Below are positions 10,622 through 22,120 of a stretch of 64,000 bases of DNA, in pieces (within the stretch, counting starts at the first letter, position 1; each line of letters begins with the position of its first letter). The notes under the pieces were generated by a model. That model was not told the DNA's origin and made no database searches. It was given only the letters and a program-made list of their open reading frames with translations. This DNA comes from Burkholderiales bacterium (GTDB lineage: Bacteria; Pseudomonadota; Gammaproteobacteria; Burkholderiales; Eutrophovitaceae). The DNA is taken from contig DATKYN010000141.1 of NCBI GenBank assembly GCA_035528435.1, positions 7,939-71,938 on the forward strand, read 5' to 3'. A program made the position numbers and the translations under genes.

Positions 10622-11779
10622 ATGTCTGATATGAAGAGGCTATCAATTTTCGCCGAAAACCTCTTGGGCCGACAACGCCTGAGCACAAGGACCTTACAAA
10701 TGGGCAAGTCAATTATATATATGGTGTTATCCGCGATCGCCATGTTCGCCAGCCCCGCCCTGGTGACTGCGCAGGACAGCAAGGCGACAGCGCCGCTCGC
10801 CCTGGTCGAGAATCCACCGTCCCGATACGTCGTTGTTAAAGGTGACACGCTTTGGGATATCTCTGGCAGGTTTCTGCGTGATCCCTGGCGATGGCCCGAT
10901 ATATGGGGTTTGAACCGTGACGAAATAAAGAACCCGCACTGGATTTATCCTGGCGATGTTCTTGTCCTCGATTTTTCCGGCCGGACACCCCGCCTGCGTT
11001 TCGAAGGCGACACCGGCTGGTCGCTGGTTAGAGAGCGTCTCAGTCCGGAGATACGTACCTCCGCACTGGGCTCGCCAGCGATCCCGACGTTCTCACCCAA
11101 CCTCGTGAGATCCTATCTGGCAAATACTCTGATCGTGGACGAGAAACAACTGGAGCTCGCGCCGAGAATCATCTCCGGTCATGAGGGTCGGATCGTACTC
11201 GGGCCCGGTGATATCGCCTACGCGAAAGGCGTCACGGATGCCCGAACCAAAAGCTACTATGCGGTAAGAGAGGGGCGCACGTTCACCGACCCCGATACTG
11301 ATGAAGTACTGGGATATGAAGCAGTGTATCTCGGTGATACGCGCGTCAAGGAAGTCGCCGACATTACAACGCTCTCGATCAGCCGGGCAGAGCGCGAAAT
11401 CAACCCCGGTGACCGTTTGCTGACCATGACCAAGCGTGACGACGCACCCTACATGCCACGGCCGCCAACCCGCAAGATTACCGGGAAGATCGTTGCGGCC
11501 GCCAAGGAAGGTGTGACCGAGATCGGCCCGCTCACCGTTGTGATTCTGAATCGCGGGCGCCGCGATGGCCTCGAGACCGGCAATGTTCTTGCGTTGTCAC
11601 GCACAGGTGAAACGGTTCGGCCCGCGGGTTCGAGCGATCCCGGAGAGCGGGTCAAACTACCCGACGAGCGATATGGCGTCGTCTTTGTCTTCAAGGTGTA
11701 CGACCGCTTGTCATACGCACTGGTGATGAACACAACTCGATCAGTCAAGATTAACGATACTGTACTGACACCATCCTGA
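10622..11779 (+). CDS. LysM domain-containing exported protein
   Basis: The LysM motif is YVVVKGDTLWDISGRFLRDPWRWPDIW...YPGDVLVL. A signal-like segment is AIAMFASPALVTAQ. The gene is divergent from def and upstream of dprA. The true start may be the internal ATG at 10700. Confidence 0.8.
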   Translation: MSDMKRLSIFAENLLGRQRLSTRTLQMGKSIIYMVLSAIAMFASPALVTAQDSKATAPLALVENPPSRYVVVKGDTLWDISGRFLRDPWRWPDIWGLNRDEIKNPHWIYPGDVLVLDFSGRTPRLRFEGDTGWSLVRERLSPEIRTSALGSPAIPTFSPNLVRSYLANTLIVDEKQLELAPRIISGHEGRIVLGPGDIAYAKGVTDARTKSYYAVREGRTFTDPDTDEVLGYEAVYLGDTRVKEVADITTLSISRAEREINPGDRLLTMTKRDDAPYMPRPPTRKITGKIVAAAKEGVTEIGPLTVVILNRGRRDGLETGNVLALSRTGETVRPAGSSDPGERVKLPDERYGVVFVFKVYDRLSYALVMNTTRSVKINDTVLTPS

Positions 11780-12859
11780 ATGACCGGTGCGGAGCTCAAG
11801 GCCTGGCTGGGGCTTGGGCTCATCCCGCGCCTGGGACCGGTTGGATTCCGCAAACTGCTGAGCCGTTTCGGCAACCCTGAGGCGGCACTTGGCGCGAGCA
11901 AGGCCGCGCTGGAACAGGTCATCGGCCCGGCATTGGCCGCGTCCGTGGCAGAAGGTCCTGATGCACAACAGCTGGCCGGCTCTCTCAACTGGGCGGCCGG
12001 CGAGCACAATCGCATTCTGACCCTCGCGGATAAAGATTATCCACGCGGTCTCCTCGAAATCTCTGATCCGCCCCCGTTGCTCTATCTAAAGGGGGAATCC
12101 AGGTTGCTGCAACAGGACGCACTCGCGATCGTCGGCAGCCGGAACGCAACACCGCAAGGAATCGATAACGCCGAAGCCTTCGCCCGGGATTTGTCAAACA
12201 ATGGTTTTACCGTTGTCAGCGGCCTGGCGCTCGGTATCGACGCGGCGGCCCATCGCGGAGGCTTGCGTGGGAAAGGCTCCTCGATTGCGGTGGTAGCGAC
12301 CGGACTGGATAGCGTTTATCCGGCACGTAACCGGGACCTCGCGCATGAAATTTCGCAACAAGGATTACTGCTTTCGGAATTTGCGCTAGGCACCAAACCG
12401 CTGGCGGGAAATTTCCCTCGCCGCAACCGTCTGATCAGTGGATTGGCGAAAGGTGTGCTGGTCGTAGAGGCTGCCGTCAAGAGCGGTTCACTGATCACCG
12501 CGCGCTACGCGCTTGAGCAGGGGCGTGAGGTTTTCGCGATACCAGGCTCGGTGCATTCTCCCCTGTCGAGGGGCTGCCACGCTCTTATCAAGCAAGGCGC
12601 AAAACTCGTTGAAACTTCTACTGACATTCTCGAAGAATTTGGCCGACAGACCGTCCTGGAAGGGACTACGCGTAAGCACACACCGGCACTTAGGCATCCT
12701 CTGCTGCTCCGGGGAATCGGATTCGACCCGGTCGATCTTGATACGATCTGCACTCGCTGCGGCTTGACTGCCGAGAAAGCATCGGCGATGCTGTTGGAAC
12801 TGGAACTCGACGGCGCGGTCGTAAAACTGGCTGGAGGGAAATTCCAGCGAGTCCGCTAG
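11780..12859 (+). CDS. dprA: DNA-processing protein DprA (Smf)
   Basis: 359 aa with the Rossmann-like DprA core (IVGSRNATPQG, VVSGLALGIDAAAHRG, FPRRNRLISGL). Confidence 0.9.
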   Translation: MTGAELKAWLGLGLIPRLGPVGFRKLLSRFGNPEAALGASKAALEQVIGPALAASVAEGPDAQQLAGSLNWAAGEHNRILTLADKDYPRGLLEISDPPPLLYLKGESRLLQQDALAIVGSRNATPQGIDNAEAFARDLSNNGFTVVSGLALGIDAAAHRGGLRGKGSSIAVVATGLDSVYPARNRDLAHEISQQGLLLSEFALGTKPLAGNFPRRNRLISGLAKGVLVVEAAVKSGSLITARYALEQGREVFAIPGSVHSPLSRGCHALIKQGAKLVETSTDILEEFGRQTVLEGTTRKHTPALRHPLLLRGIGFDPVDLDTICTRCGLTAEKASAMLLELELDGAVVKLAGGKFQRVR

Positions 12860-12893
12860 TGATAGCGGAATTATCAAACAGCCTTGGGGACTC

Positions 12894-13349
12894 ATGTTCG
12901 ACATACTTGTCTATCTCGTCGAAAACTATTTTCACAATGGCCAACTTCCCGATGCTGAAACGATAACCAAACGCCTGTCTGCAGCCGGTTTTGAAGAAGA
13001 AGACATTTCCGAGGCGCTTACCTGGCTGAGTGGCTTTGGTCACCCGGACGAAACAGATGGTGAGTCGGCGTTCGCCCAAAGTCGTGGTTTTCGCATTTAC
13101 GCTGACGAGGAACTGACTAACCTGACTGCCGAGGCACGTGGGTTTATTCTTTTTCTGCAGGACTCGGAGATTATCTCCGCGCCGCAACGCGAATTGATCA
13201 TTGAGCGCGTGCTTGCTTTGCCCGAAACTTCTGTGGATCTCGAAAGAATAAAACTGATTGTGCTGATGGTGTTATGGAACCAACAGCAGTCGGTCGACAG
13301 CCTCGTACTGGAGTTGCTGGCCAGTCGCGATAACAGTAGCCCTCAGTAA
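12894..13349 (+). CDS. smg: Smg (DUF494) protein
   Basis: 151 aa starting MFDILVYLVENYF, the typical Smg N-terminus. The dprA-smg-topA order is conserved. Confidence 0.85.
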   Translation: MFDILVYLVENYFHNGQLPDAETITKRLSAAGFEEEDISEALTWLSGFGHPDETDGESAFAQSRGFRIYADEELTNLTAEARGFILFLQDSEIISAPQRELIIERVLALPETSVDLERIKLIVLMVLWNQQQSVDSLVLELLASRDNSSPQ

Positions 13350-13434
13350 AAACGACTCCCCAAGCCCAGCATTTGCTTGCTCCGGAGCCGGCATCTTCTT
13401 ATTATCTCGCCCTCTTTTTCAAATCGCCGCGTGA

Positions 13435-16131
13435 ATGTCGCAAAATCTGCTGATTGTTGAGTCGCCCTCGAAGGCGAAAACCTTGAAGAAATACCTGGGT
13501 AAGGGCTTCGACATCCTTGCGTCCTACGGTCATGTTCGCGACCTGGAAGCGAAAGAGGGCGCTGTCGATCCCGAAAGCCATTTCAACATGCGCTACGCGC
13601 TGGTCGAGCGCAACAAGAAACATGTAGACAGCATCGTCAAAGCAGTCGCCAAGGCCAAGGAGGTTTATCTCGCGACCGACCCGGACCGCGAAGGTGAGGC
13701 CATAGCCTGGCATTTGTCGGAGATACTCAAGGACAAAAAGCTCCTGAAGGATCGCAAGCTGCATCGCGTGGTGTTTTATGAAATCACCGAATCTGCGGTG
13801 AAGGAAGCCGTACAGAATCCACGCAAGATTTCAATGCCGCTGGTTAATGCGCAACAGGCACGGCGCGCACTCGATCATCTGGTTGGCTTCAACCTGTCGC
13901 CTATCCTGTGGAAAAAAATCGGCCGTAGTCTTTCTGCCGGCCGCGTTCAGAGCCCGGCGTTGCGCCTGATCGTCGAGCGCGAACAGGATATCGAAAACTT
14001 CGATAGCCGCGAGTACTGGACCATCCACCTGGACTCCCAGAAAGGCCCGCAGGGTTTCTCGGCGAGACTGTTCCAGCACAAGGGCAAGAAAGTCGAACAG
14101 TTCTCCTTCGACAGCGAGGCCGAGCAGAAAAAGGCGATCGCACAGATTGAGAAAGCGGCGAAAGGTACGGTCACGGTCACCCGCGTCGATCGCAAACCGC
14201 GATCACGCCAGGCTGCGCCCCCGTTTATCACTTCGACGCTACAGCAAGAAGCGGTGCGCAAGCTGGGGATGACTTCCCGGACGACCATGAGCACCGCGCA
14301 ACAACTCTATGAAGGCATCGACATCGGTGGTTCGACGGTAGGTCTGATCACCTATATGCGAACGGACTCGGTCGCGCTTGCCAAGGAAGCGGTACAGGAA
14401 ATTCGCGGCTACATCGGCGAGAATTTCGACGTGGAATATCTTCCCAAGACCCCGGTAACCTTTCGGAACCGCTCCAAGAACGCGCAGGAAGCACACGAAG
14501 CGATCCGACCAACGTCAATCGCGCGCACACCCGCGTCAGTCAGGAAATATTTGCGTCCCGACCAGGCTGCACTATATGAAATGGTCTGGAAGCGAACTCT
14601 GGCGAGCCAGATGGCGCCGGCACGATTCGATACAACCAGTATCGATCTGGAGGCAGGTAACTCGGATACGGTCTTTCGTGCCAGCGGACAGGTGCTGGTG
14701 TTCCCGGGCTTCATCGCTGTCTATACCGAAGGCGCAGACGATACAGAGCAGGAAGAAGACGCAAAGCTGCCCAAACTGGAAGTGAATGACACCTTGCCGG
14801 TCAAGAAGCTCTATGGCGAGCAGCATTTTACCCAGCCGCCGCCGCGCTACACCGAGGCCAGTCTGGTCAAGACCCTCGAAGAGTACGGCATTGGCCGGCC
14901 GTCTACGTACGCGAACATCATTTCGACTCTGCAGGATCGCGGTTACGCACTTCTCGAGAAGAAGAGGTTTCTGCCGACCGATGTCGGCCGGCTGGTCAAC
15001 GGTTTTCTCACCTCGCACTTCAATCATTATCTCGATTACGGATTTACCGCGAATCTCGAGGCCGAGCTGGACGAGATTTCAAACGGTACCCTGGAGTGGG
15101 TATCCGTCATGGAAGAATTCTGGACGAGTTTCGCCGACAATCTGCGCAATAAGGAAACTATAAGCCGGGGTATCCCTCTGCCCGAAGCCAAAACACCGGT
15201 GCGTAGTTGGGAAGCCTACTCGCGTGGTTTTCTGGATCCCGCCTGGCAGGAAAAACAGCTCCCCGAAAAGTGTCCGAAGTGCAAGAGTGTCGTGCTTCTG
15301 CAAAACAGCAGTCGCGGACTATTTGTAGGGTGCAGTGCTTACCCGGATTGCGATTTCACGGAACCATTCGGCTCCGGACCGGTGCGCAAAGAACCGCTGG
15401 CAATGGGTACCCATGAAGAAACCGGGAAGACGATCTATCTTCTCAGCGGACCGTATGGACCATATGTGCAGATCGGTGAGACGCCACCGCAGAGCACAAA
15501 GGAAAAGGGTACAAAGAAAAAGAGTGCAAAGGCAAAGAGTGCGACGGAAAAGGCTGCAACGGAAAAACCAAAACGCGCAGCCTGGCCGAAGGGCGTTCCC
15601 TTACCATCCGAGGCTTCTCCGGAGGCCTTGCAGATCGCACTTAAATCACTTTCGCTGCCCCGGACGCTGGGCAATCACCCCGGGATAGACAAACCAGTTG
15701 AAGTCAATATTGGCCGGTTCGGTCCCTATATCAAGCATGACGGCGGTTTCAAATCGATACCAAAAACCGACAGCGTCTATGACATCGAGCTTGATCGGGC
15801 GGTAGAACTGCTGGCACAAGCCAAAGCCCGTGGCGGTGGTGGTCGAAAAATCGGCGTTCACCCGGACGACGAAAAAGCCATTACTGTGAACGCTGGCCGA
15901 TACGGTCCGTATCTGAAATACGGCTCAATGAATGTAACCATTCCGGAATCGATCGATCCGGAAAAGATTTCGCTGGAAGAAGCCCTGGATCTCATCGCCA
16001 GCAAGGGCGACAAAGGCAAGAAGCCAACGAAATCCACGAAGGCAAAGCCGAGAAAGACCAGCGCCGGAAAGAAGACCGCGGCGACGAAAGCGCCGGCCGC
16101 CAAGAAGAAAAGCCGCCGCAAGACGGCTTGA
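13435..16131 (+). CDS. topA: DNA topoisomerase I
   Basis: 898 aa. It has a TOPRIM N-terminus (LLIVESPSKAKTLKKYLG, ATDPDREGEAI), the active-site region YITYMRTDS, one Cys4 zinc ribbon (CPKCKS...CSAYPDC), repeated G(R)(F/Y)GPY C-terminal repeats, and Lys-rich tails. Confidence 0.96.
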   Translation: MSQNLLIVESPSKAKTLKKYLGKGFDILASYGHVRDLEAKEGAVDPESHFNMRYALVERNKKHVDSIVKAVAKAKEVYLATDPDREGEAIAWHLSEILKDKKLLKDRKLHRVVFYEITESAVKEAVQNPRKISMPLVNAQQARRALDHLVGFNLSPILWKKIGRSLSAGRVQSPALRLIVEREQDIENFDSREYWTIHLDSQKGPQGFSARLFQHKGKKVEQFSFDSEAEQKKAIAQIEKAAKGTVTVTRVDRKPRSRQAAPPFITSTLQQEAVRKLGMTSRTTMSTAQQLYEGIDIGGSTVGLITYMRTDSVALAKEAVQEIRGYIGENFDVEYLPKTPVTFRNRSKNAQEAHEAIRPTSIARTPASVRKYLRPDQAALYEMVWKRTLASQMAPARFDTTSIDLEAGNSDTVFRASGQVLVFPGFIAVYTEGADDTEQEEDAKLPKLEVNDTLPVKKLYGEQHFTQPPPRYTEASLVKTLEEYGIGRPSTYANIISTLQDRGYALLEKKRFLPTDVGRLVNGFLTSHFNHYLDYGFTANLEAELDEISNGTLEWVSVMEEFWTSFADNLRNKETISRGIPLPEAKTPVRSWEAYSRGFLDPAWQEKQLPEKCPKCKSVVLLQNSSRGLFVGCSAYPDCDFTEPFGSGPVRKEPLAMGTHEETGKTIYLLSGPYGPYVQIGETPPQSTKEKGTKKKSAKAKSATEKAATEKPKRAAWPKGVPLPSEASPEALQIALKSLSLPRTLGNHPGIDKPVEVNIGRFGPYIKHDGGFKSIPKTDSVYDIELDRAVELLAQAKARGGGGRKIGVHPDDEKAITVNAGRYGPYLKYGSMNVTIPESIDPEKISLEEALDLIASKGDKGKKPTKSTKAKPRKTSAGKKTAATKAPAAKKKSRRKTA

Positions 16132-16132
16132 G

Positions 16133-18532
<2,400 letters not shown>

Positions 18533-18555
18533 TTATCGTGTTCTTTCTTTTGTCG

Positions 18556-19662
18556 TCAGATTCGCATGGGCATGACGACGTACTTGAAGTCCTCGTCACC
18601 CGGCACAGTCATCAGCATGCTTGAATTGGCATCACCCAGCGCGCACTCGATTTGCTCCGAGGATACGTTACCCAGTAAATCAAGCAGGTACGTCACGTTA
18701 AAACCGATGTCCAGTGGTTCACCAGCATACTGCACTTCCAGTTCCTCTTCCGCTTCTTCCTGTTCCGCATTGGTGCAGACAATTCGTAACAGGTTCTTGG
18801 TCAGGACCCAGCGAACTCCCCTGAATTTCTCGTTCGAAAGAATCGATGCCCGTTGCAGGGCTTGCTGTAGCTCGATACGCGAGATCAGGAAGTGCCCTGG
18901 CGTACTGGAGGGAATCACGCGGGTGAAGTCCGGGAATTTTCCATCAACTACTTTGGAAACCAGATCTACCGACCCAAACCGGCTCCGGACCTGATTCTGC
19001 AGAATTTTCAGTTCTACTTTTTCGTCTGTTTCAGTCAACAGTTTGACCATCTCCAGCACGGCCTTTCGCGGCAGGATCGCTTCTGCGCGGGGATGTGAGC
19101 TTTCCAGAGTCGTCGAGATGTAAGCCAGCCGATGTCCGTCGGTCGCGACGAGGGTGAGCTTGTCATCCTCAACCAGCATCAGCAGTCCATTCAGGTAATA
19201 ACGAATATCCTGCTGCGCCATGGCGTACTGGACGAGCTGAAGCATTCTCTTCAGTTCTTTCTGCGAAACGATGACTGTCGTAGCGTCTCCTGAGCCTTCG
19301 GCCAGCCTCGGAAAATCCTCTGCCGGTAACGTTTGCAGATTAAAGCGGCTCTTGCCGGCTCTCACTACAAGTTTACTTTCCTGCGCTTCGAATGATACGG
19401 GTGCTTTTTCCGGCAAGGATCGCAGAATGTCCTGCAGCTTGCGGGCAGAAACGGTAATGGCGTGCGATTTGACTGATTTACTCAAAGTGGCTTCGGTAGC
19501 GACCTGTATCTCCAGGTCTGTAGCCAGCAACTTGAGCTCGTTATCCGATGTTTCCAACAGAACGTTCGACAGGATCGGAAGCGTATGGCGACGTTCAACA
19601 ATACCCGAGACCGCTTGCAACGGTTTGAGTAAGGTGTCGCGATCAATATCTAGTAGTTTCAT
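18556..19662 (-). CDS. dnaN: DNA polymerase III beta sliding clamp
   Basis: 368 aa. LLKPLQAVSGIVERRHTLPILSNVLLE matches the E. coli DnaN N-terminus pattern, and the protein ends MPMRI. Confidence 0.95.
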   Translation of the reverse strand: MKLLDIDRDTLLKPLQAVSGIVERRHTLPILSNVLLETSDNELKLLATDLEIQVATEATLSKSVKSHAITVSARKLQDILRSLPEKAPVSFEAQESKLVVRAGKSRFNLQTLPAEDFPRLAEGSGDATTVIVSQKELKRMLQLVQYAMAQQDIRYYLNGLLMLVEDDKLTLVATDGHRLAYISTTLESSHPRAEAILPRKAVLEMVKLLTETDEKVELKILQNQVRSRFGSVDLVSKVVDGKFPDFTRVIPSSTPGHFLISRIELQQALQRASILSNEKFRGVRWVLTKNLLRIVCTNAEQEEAEEELEVQYAGEPLDIGFNVTYLLDLLGNVSSEQIECALGDANSSMLMTVPGDEDFKYVVMPMRI

Positions 19663-19825
19663 TTTTTAAAGATAATAAGATTAATAAGGACACGCTCATT
19701 CCATGAACAAGTGAGTCAAGCTATTGAAACAAAAGTCTTACTGTTCTGTACAGAATCTCGTTAAAACAAGGTAGTGACCGTGGACAGTTTGTGCATGAAA
19801 ATACGAAAATCCTGTTTCGAGCTGG

Positions 19826-19856
19826 TTCTCCACAATTCATACAGTGCTTGTCCACA
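19826..19856. promoter_or_regulatory. Two direct DnaA-box-like 9-mers in the dnaA-dnaN spacer
   Basis: TTCTCCACA (19826-19834) and TTGTCCACA (19848-19856) each differ from TTATCCACA at one position and are spaced 22 nt apart. A weaker CTGTCCACG lies on the other strand at about 19779-19787. Confidence 0.5.
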
Positions 19857-19875
19857 ACATTTGCGTTGCCGATGC

Positions 19876-21201
19876 TCAACCGCGCAAAGTTTGTAGCAGT
19901 GAATCGAAATCCCGACTGATATCCGAATTGGTCGTTCGTAATTCAGCAACCTTGCGACAAGCATGCAATACCGTCGTATGGTCGCGGCCCCCGAAGGCAT
20001 CGCCAATGTCGGGCAAACTATTCGCTGTGAGCTCCTTTGCCAGCGCCATGGCGACTTGCCTTGGACGGGCAACGGCACGTGAGCGTTTCTTGGAATACAT
20101 CTCGGAGACCTTTATCTTGTAGTACTCCGCAACGCATTTCTGGATGTTCTCCAGCGATATCTGACGCGTCTGGACCGCTAGCAAATCTTTAAGTGCCTCG
20201 CGTGCGAGCTCCACGGATATCGGTTCTTTTGTGAAACGAGCATAGGCGAGGATGCGCTTTAATGCACCTTCCAGCTCCCGCACATTGGATTGAATGTGAT
20301 TGGCAATGAAGAAGGCGACGTCTTCAGGCAGGTCCATCCGTTCCATTTCGCCCTTCTTGAGCAAGATAGCGACCCGCATTTCCAGCTCGGGAGGCTCGAT
20401 AGCCACGGTAAGACCCCAATTGAACCGCGACACGAGGCGATCTTCCATGCCGGAAATTTCTTTTGGGAAAGTGTCACAGGTAATGATGACCTGCCGATGG
20501 GCCTCTGTCAGTGCATTGAAGAGGTAGAAAAACTCTTCCTGGGTCCGGTTTTTCCGGCTGAAAAACTGGATGTCGTCTATCAGTAGAAGGTCGAGCGAGT
20601 GGTAGTACTTCTTGAAGCCGTCGAAAGCCTTGTGCTGGTAAGCACGCACTACGTCTGAAACGTACTGCTCAGCGTGCGAGTAACGAATCTTTGCGTCCGG
20701 CTCCCGGGCCTGGACAGCATTACCGATCGCCTGGATCAGGTGTGTCTTTCCCAGGCCGACGCCGCCATAAACAAACAGCGGGTTATATGCGCTGCCGAGG
20801 TGCTCGGCTACTTGCAACGCGGCGGCGCGAGCGAGCTGATTCGCCTTGCCGGTTACAAAGGTGTCAAACGTAAAAAGCGGGTTGAGTCGACTCTTTTCGC
20901 GGTCTTTCGGCCTTGGCTGAGCGGGCACTTCGGGCGCTACCGAGGGGGCAGGTGCTTGCGACTGCCTTACGGTGAGAGTCATGTTAATGCCGACGTTCTT
21001 GTCGAGAAATTCGGACGATAGCCGCTGGATATCACGCAGATACTTGTCTCGCACCCACTCAAGGACGAATCGGTTCGGGGCAGCGATGTGTATCGTCTTT
21101 CCGTCAAACTCCGCGTTGAGGGGTTGAATCCAGGTCTTGAACTGTTGGGCCGGGATCGCCGATTGGAAATGGCGAAGACAATGTGTCCAGAAACTGTCCA
21201 T
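19876..21201 (-). CDS. dnaA: Chromosomal replication initiator DnaA
   Basis: 441 aa with the AAA+ motifs ([24 protein letters not shown]) and the domain IV DNA-binding signature ([20 protein letters not shown]). Confidence 0.96.
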   Translation of the reverse strand: MDSFWTHCLRHFQSAIPAQQFKTWIQPLNAEFDGKTIHIAAPNRFVLEWVRDKYLRDIQRLSSEFLDKNVGINMTLTVRQSQAPAPSVAPEVPAQPRPKDREKSRLNPLFTFDTFVTGKANQLARAAALQVAEHLGSAYNPLFVYGGVGLGKTHLIQAIGNAVQAREPDAKIRYSHAEQYVSDVVRAYQHKAFDGFKKYYHSLDLLLIDDIQFFSRKNRTQEEFFYLFNALTEAHRQVIITCDTFPKEISGMEDRLVSRFNWGLTVAIEPPELEMRVAILLKKGEMERMDLPEDVAFFIANHIQSNVRELEGALKRILAYARFTKEPISVELAREALKDLLAVQTRQISLENIQKCVAEYYKIKVSEMYSKKRSRAVARPRQVAMALAKELTANSLPDIGDAFGGRDHTTVLHACRKVAELRTTNSDISRDFDSLLQTLRG

Positions 21202-21292
21202 TGATATGTATTCTTTTGGGGGCCAAGGCGTAGCGGACCGCGTTCTGCAGTGACCAGCAGGGGAAGGCGGATTCTAGCAGCCTCGTCAAAAG

Positions 21293-21301
21293 TTATCCAC
21301 A
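21293..21301. promoter_or_regulatory. Perfect consensus DnaA box (TTATCCACA) in the dnaA/rpmH divergent intergenic region
   Basis: An exact TTATCCACA reads on the plus strand at 21293-21301, about 90 nt upstream of the dnaA start codon. Confidence 0.65.
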
Positions 21302-21322
21302 GACAAGTTGGTATTGTCGGCA

Positions 21323-21351
21323 TTGACATAGGGCCGACAAATCAGTGTAAT
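21323..21351 (+). promoter_or_regulatory. Putative sigma70 promoter of the rpmH operon
   Basis: TTGACA (21323-21328), a 17-nt spacer, then TGTAAT (21346-21351), about 37 nt upstream of the rpmH ATG. Confidence 0.45.
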
Positions 21352-21387
21352 AGCGGGCTTTTTCAAAGACCGCATTGGAGATTACCT

Positions 21388-21522
21388 ATGAAGCGCACTT
21401 ATCAGCCTTCGAAAACGCGGCGGCAGCGCCGTCATGGCTTCCTCGTGCGCATGCGTACCCGCGGTGGCCGGGCAGTTATCAACGCGCGGCGTGCAAAGGG
21501 GCGGGCTCGACTGAGCGTGTGA
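21388..21522 (+). CDS. rpmH: 50S ribosomal protein L34
   Basis: [44 protein letters not shown] is the canonical 44-aa L34. The longer ORF starting at 21250 is a spurious extension. Confidence 0.97.
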   Translation: MKRTYQPSKTRRQRRHGFLVRMRTRGGRAVINARRAKGRARLSV

Positions 21523-21869
21523 TTGGGCCGCGCGCAACGTTTCCACGAACGATCCGACTGCGGGGCGCGGCGCAATTCACCGGTTCCTTTCAGGGCCGGT
21601 ATCGCAGTAAGCACTTCTTGTTATTGTCCCGGCCCGGCGGTTCCGAAAAGGAAAGCGCCCGGCTGGGAATGATCATTGGCCGACGGCAAGTCTCCCGGTC
21701 GGTAGACCGGTCGCGGCTGCGCCGCATTATTCGCGAAGCGTTCCGATCGGTCCGCCATGAACTGGGTCGAATTGATGTGGTTGTCAGATTTCGGTCAGAA
21801 CCGAACCAACAAACAAACACCATGCTTCGAACGGAGTTGAACGCTTTGCTGGAGCAAGCGAGGGCATGA
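21519..21869 (+). CDS. rnpA: Ribonuclease P protein component
   Basis: A basic protein with the RNR-like motif ([30 protein letters not shown]). The GTG start at 21519 overlaps the rpmH stop (GTGA). The start choice is uncertain. Confidence 0.85.
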   Translation: MIGPRATFPRTIRLRGAAQFTGSFQGRYRSKHFLLLSRPGGSEKESARLGMIIGRRQVSRSVDRSRLRRIIREAFRSVRHELGRIDVVVRFRSEPNQQTNTMLRTELNALLEQARA

Positions 21870-22120
21870 AACATGTGCTCGGATGGCTGATTCGCGCGTA
21901 TCAGTACCTGATATCGCCGTGGGTAGGCAATCACTGCCGGTTTTACCCGACCTGTTCGGAGTACGCGCGCATTGCCGTTTCCGAGCATGGCAGTGCCAGA
22001 GGGAGCTGGCTGGCGGCGCGGCGCGTCGTTAAATGTCACCCATGGCACGAAGGTGGTATGGACCTGGTGCCAGGTACCTGTACGGACGGTGGCGCTGAAA
22101 ACAAGACAGAGAAACCATAA
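21866..22120 (+). CDS. yidD: Membrane protein insertion efficiency factor YidD
   Basis: 84 aa with [23 protein letters not shown]...KCHPWHEGG. Its start makes an ATGA overlap with rnpA. Confidence 0.92.
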   Translation: MKHVLGWLIRAYQYLISPWVGNHCRFYPTCSEYARIAVSEHGSARGSWLAARRVVKCHPWHEGGMDLVPGTCTDGGAENKTEKP

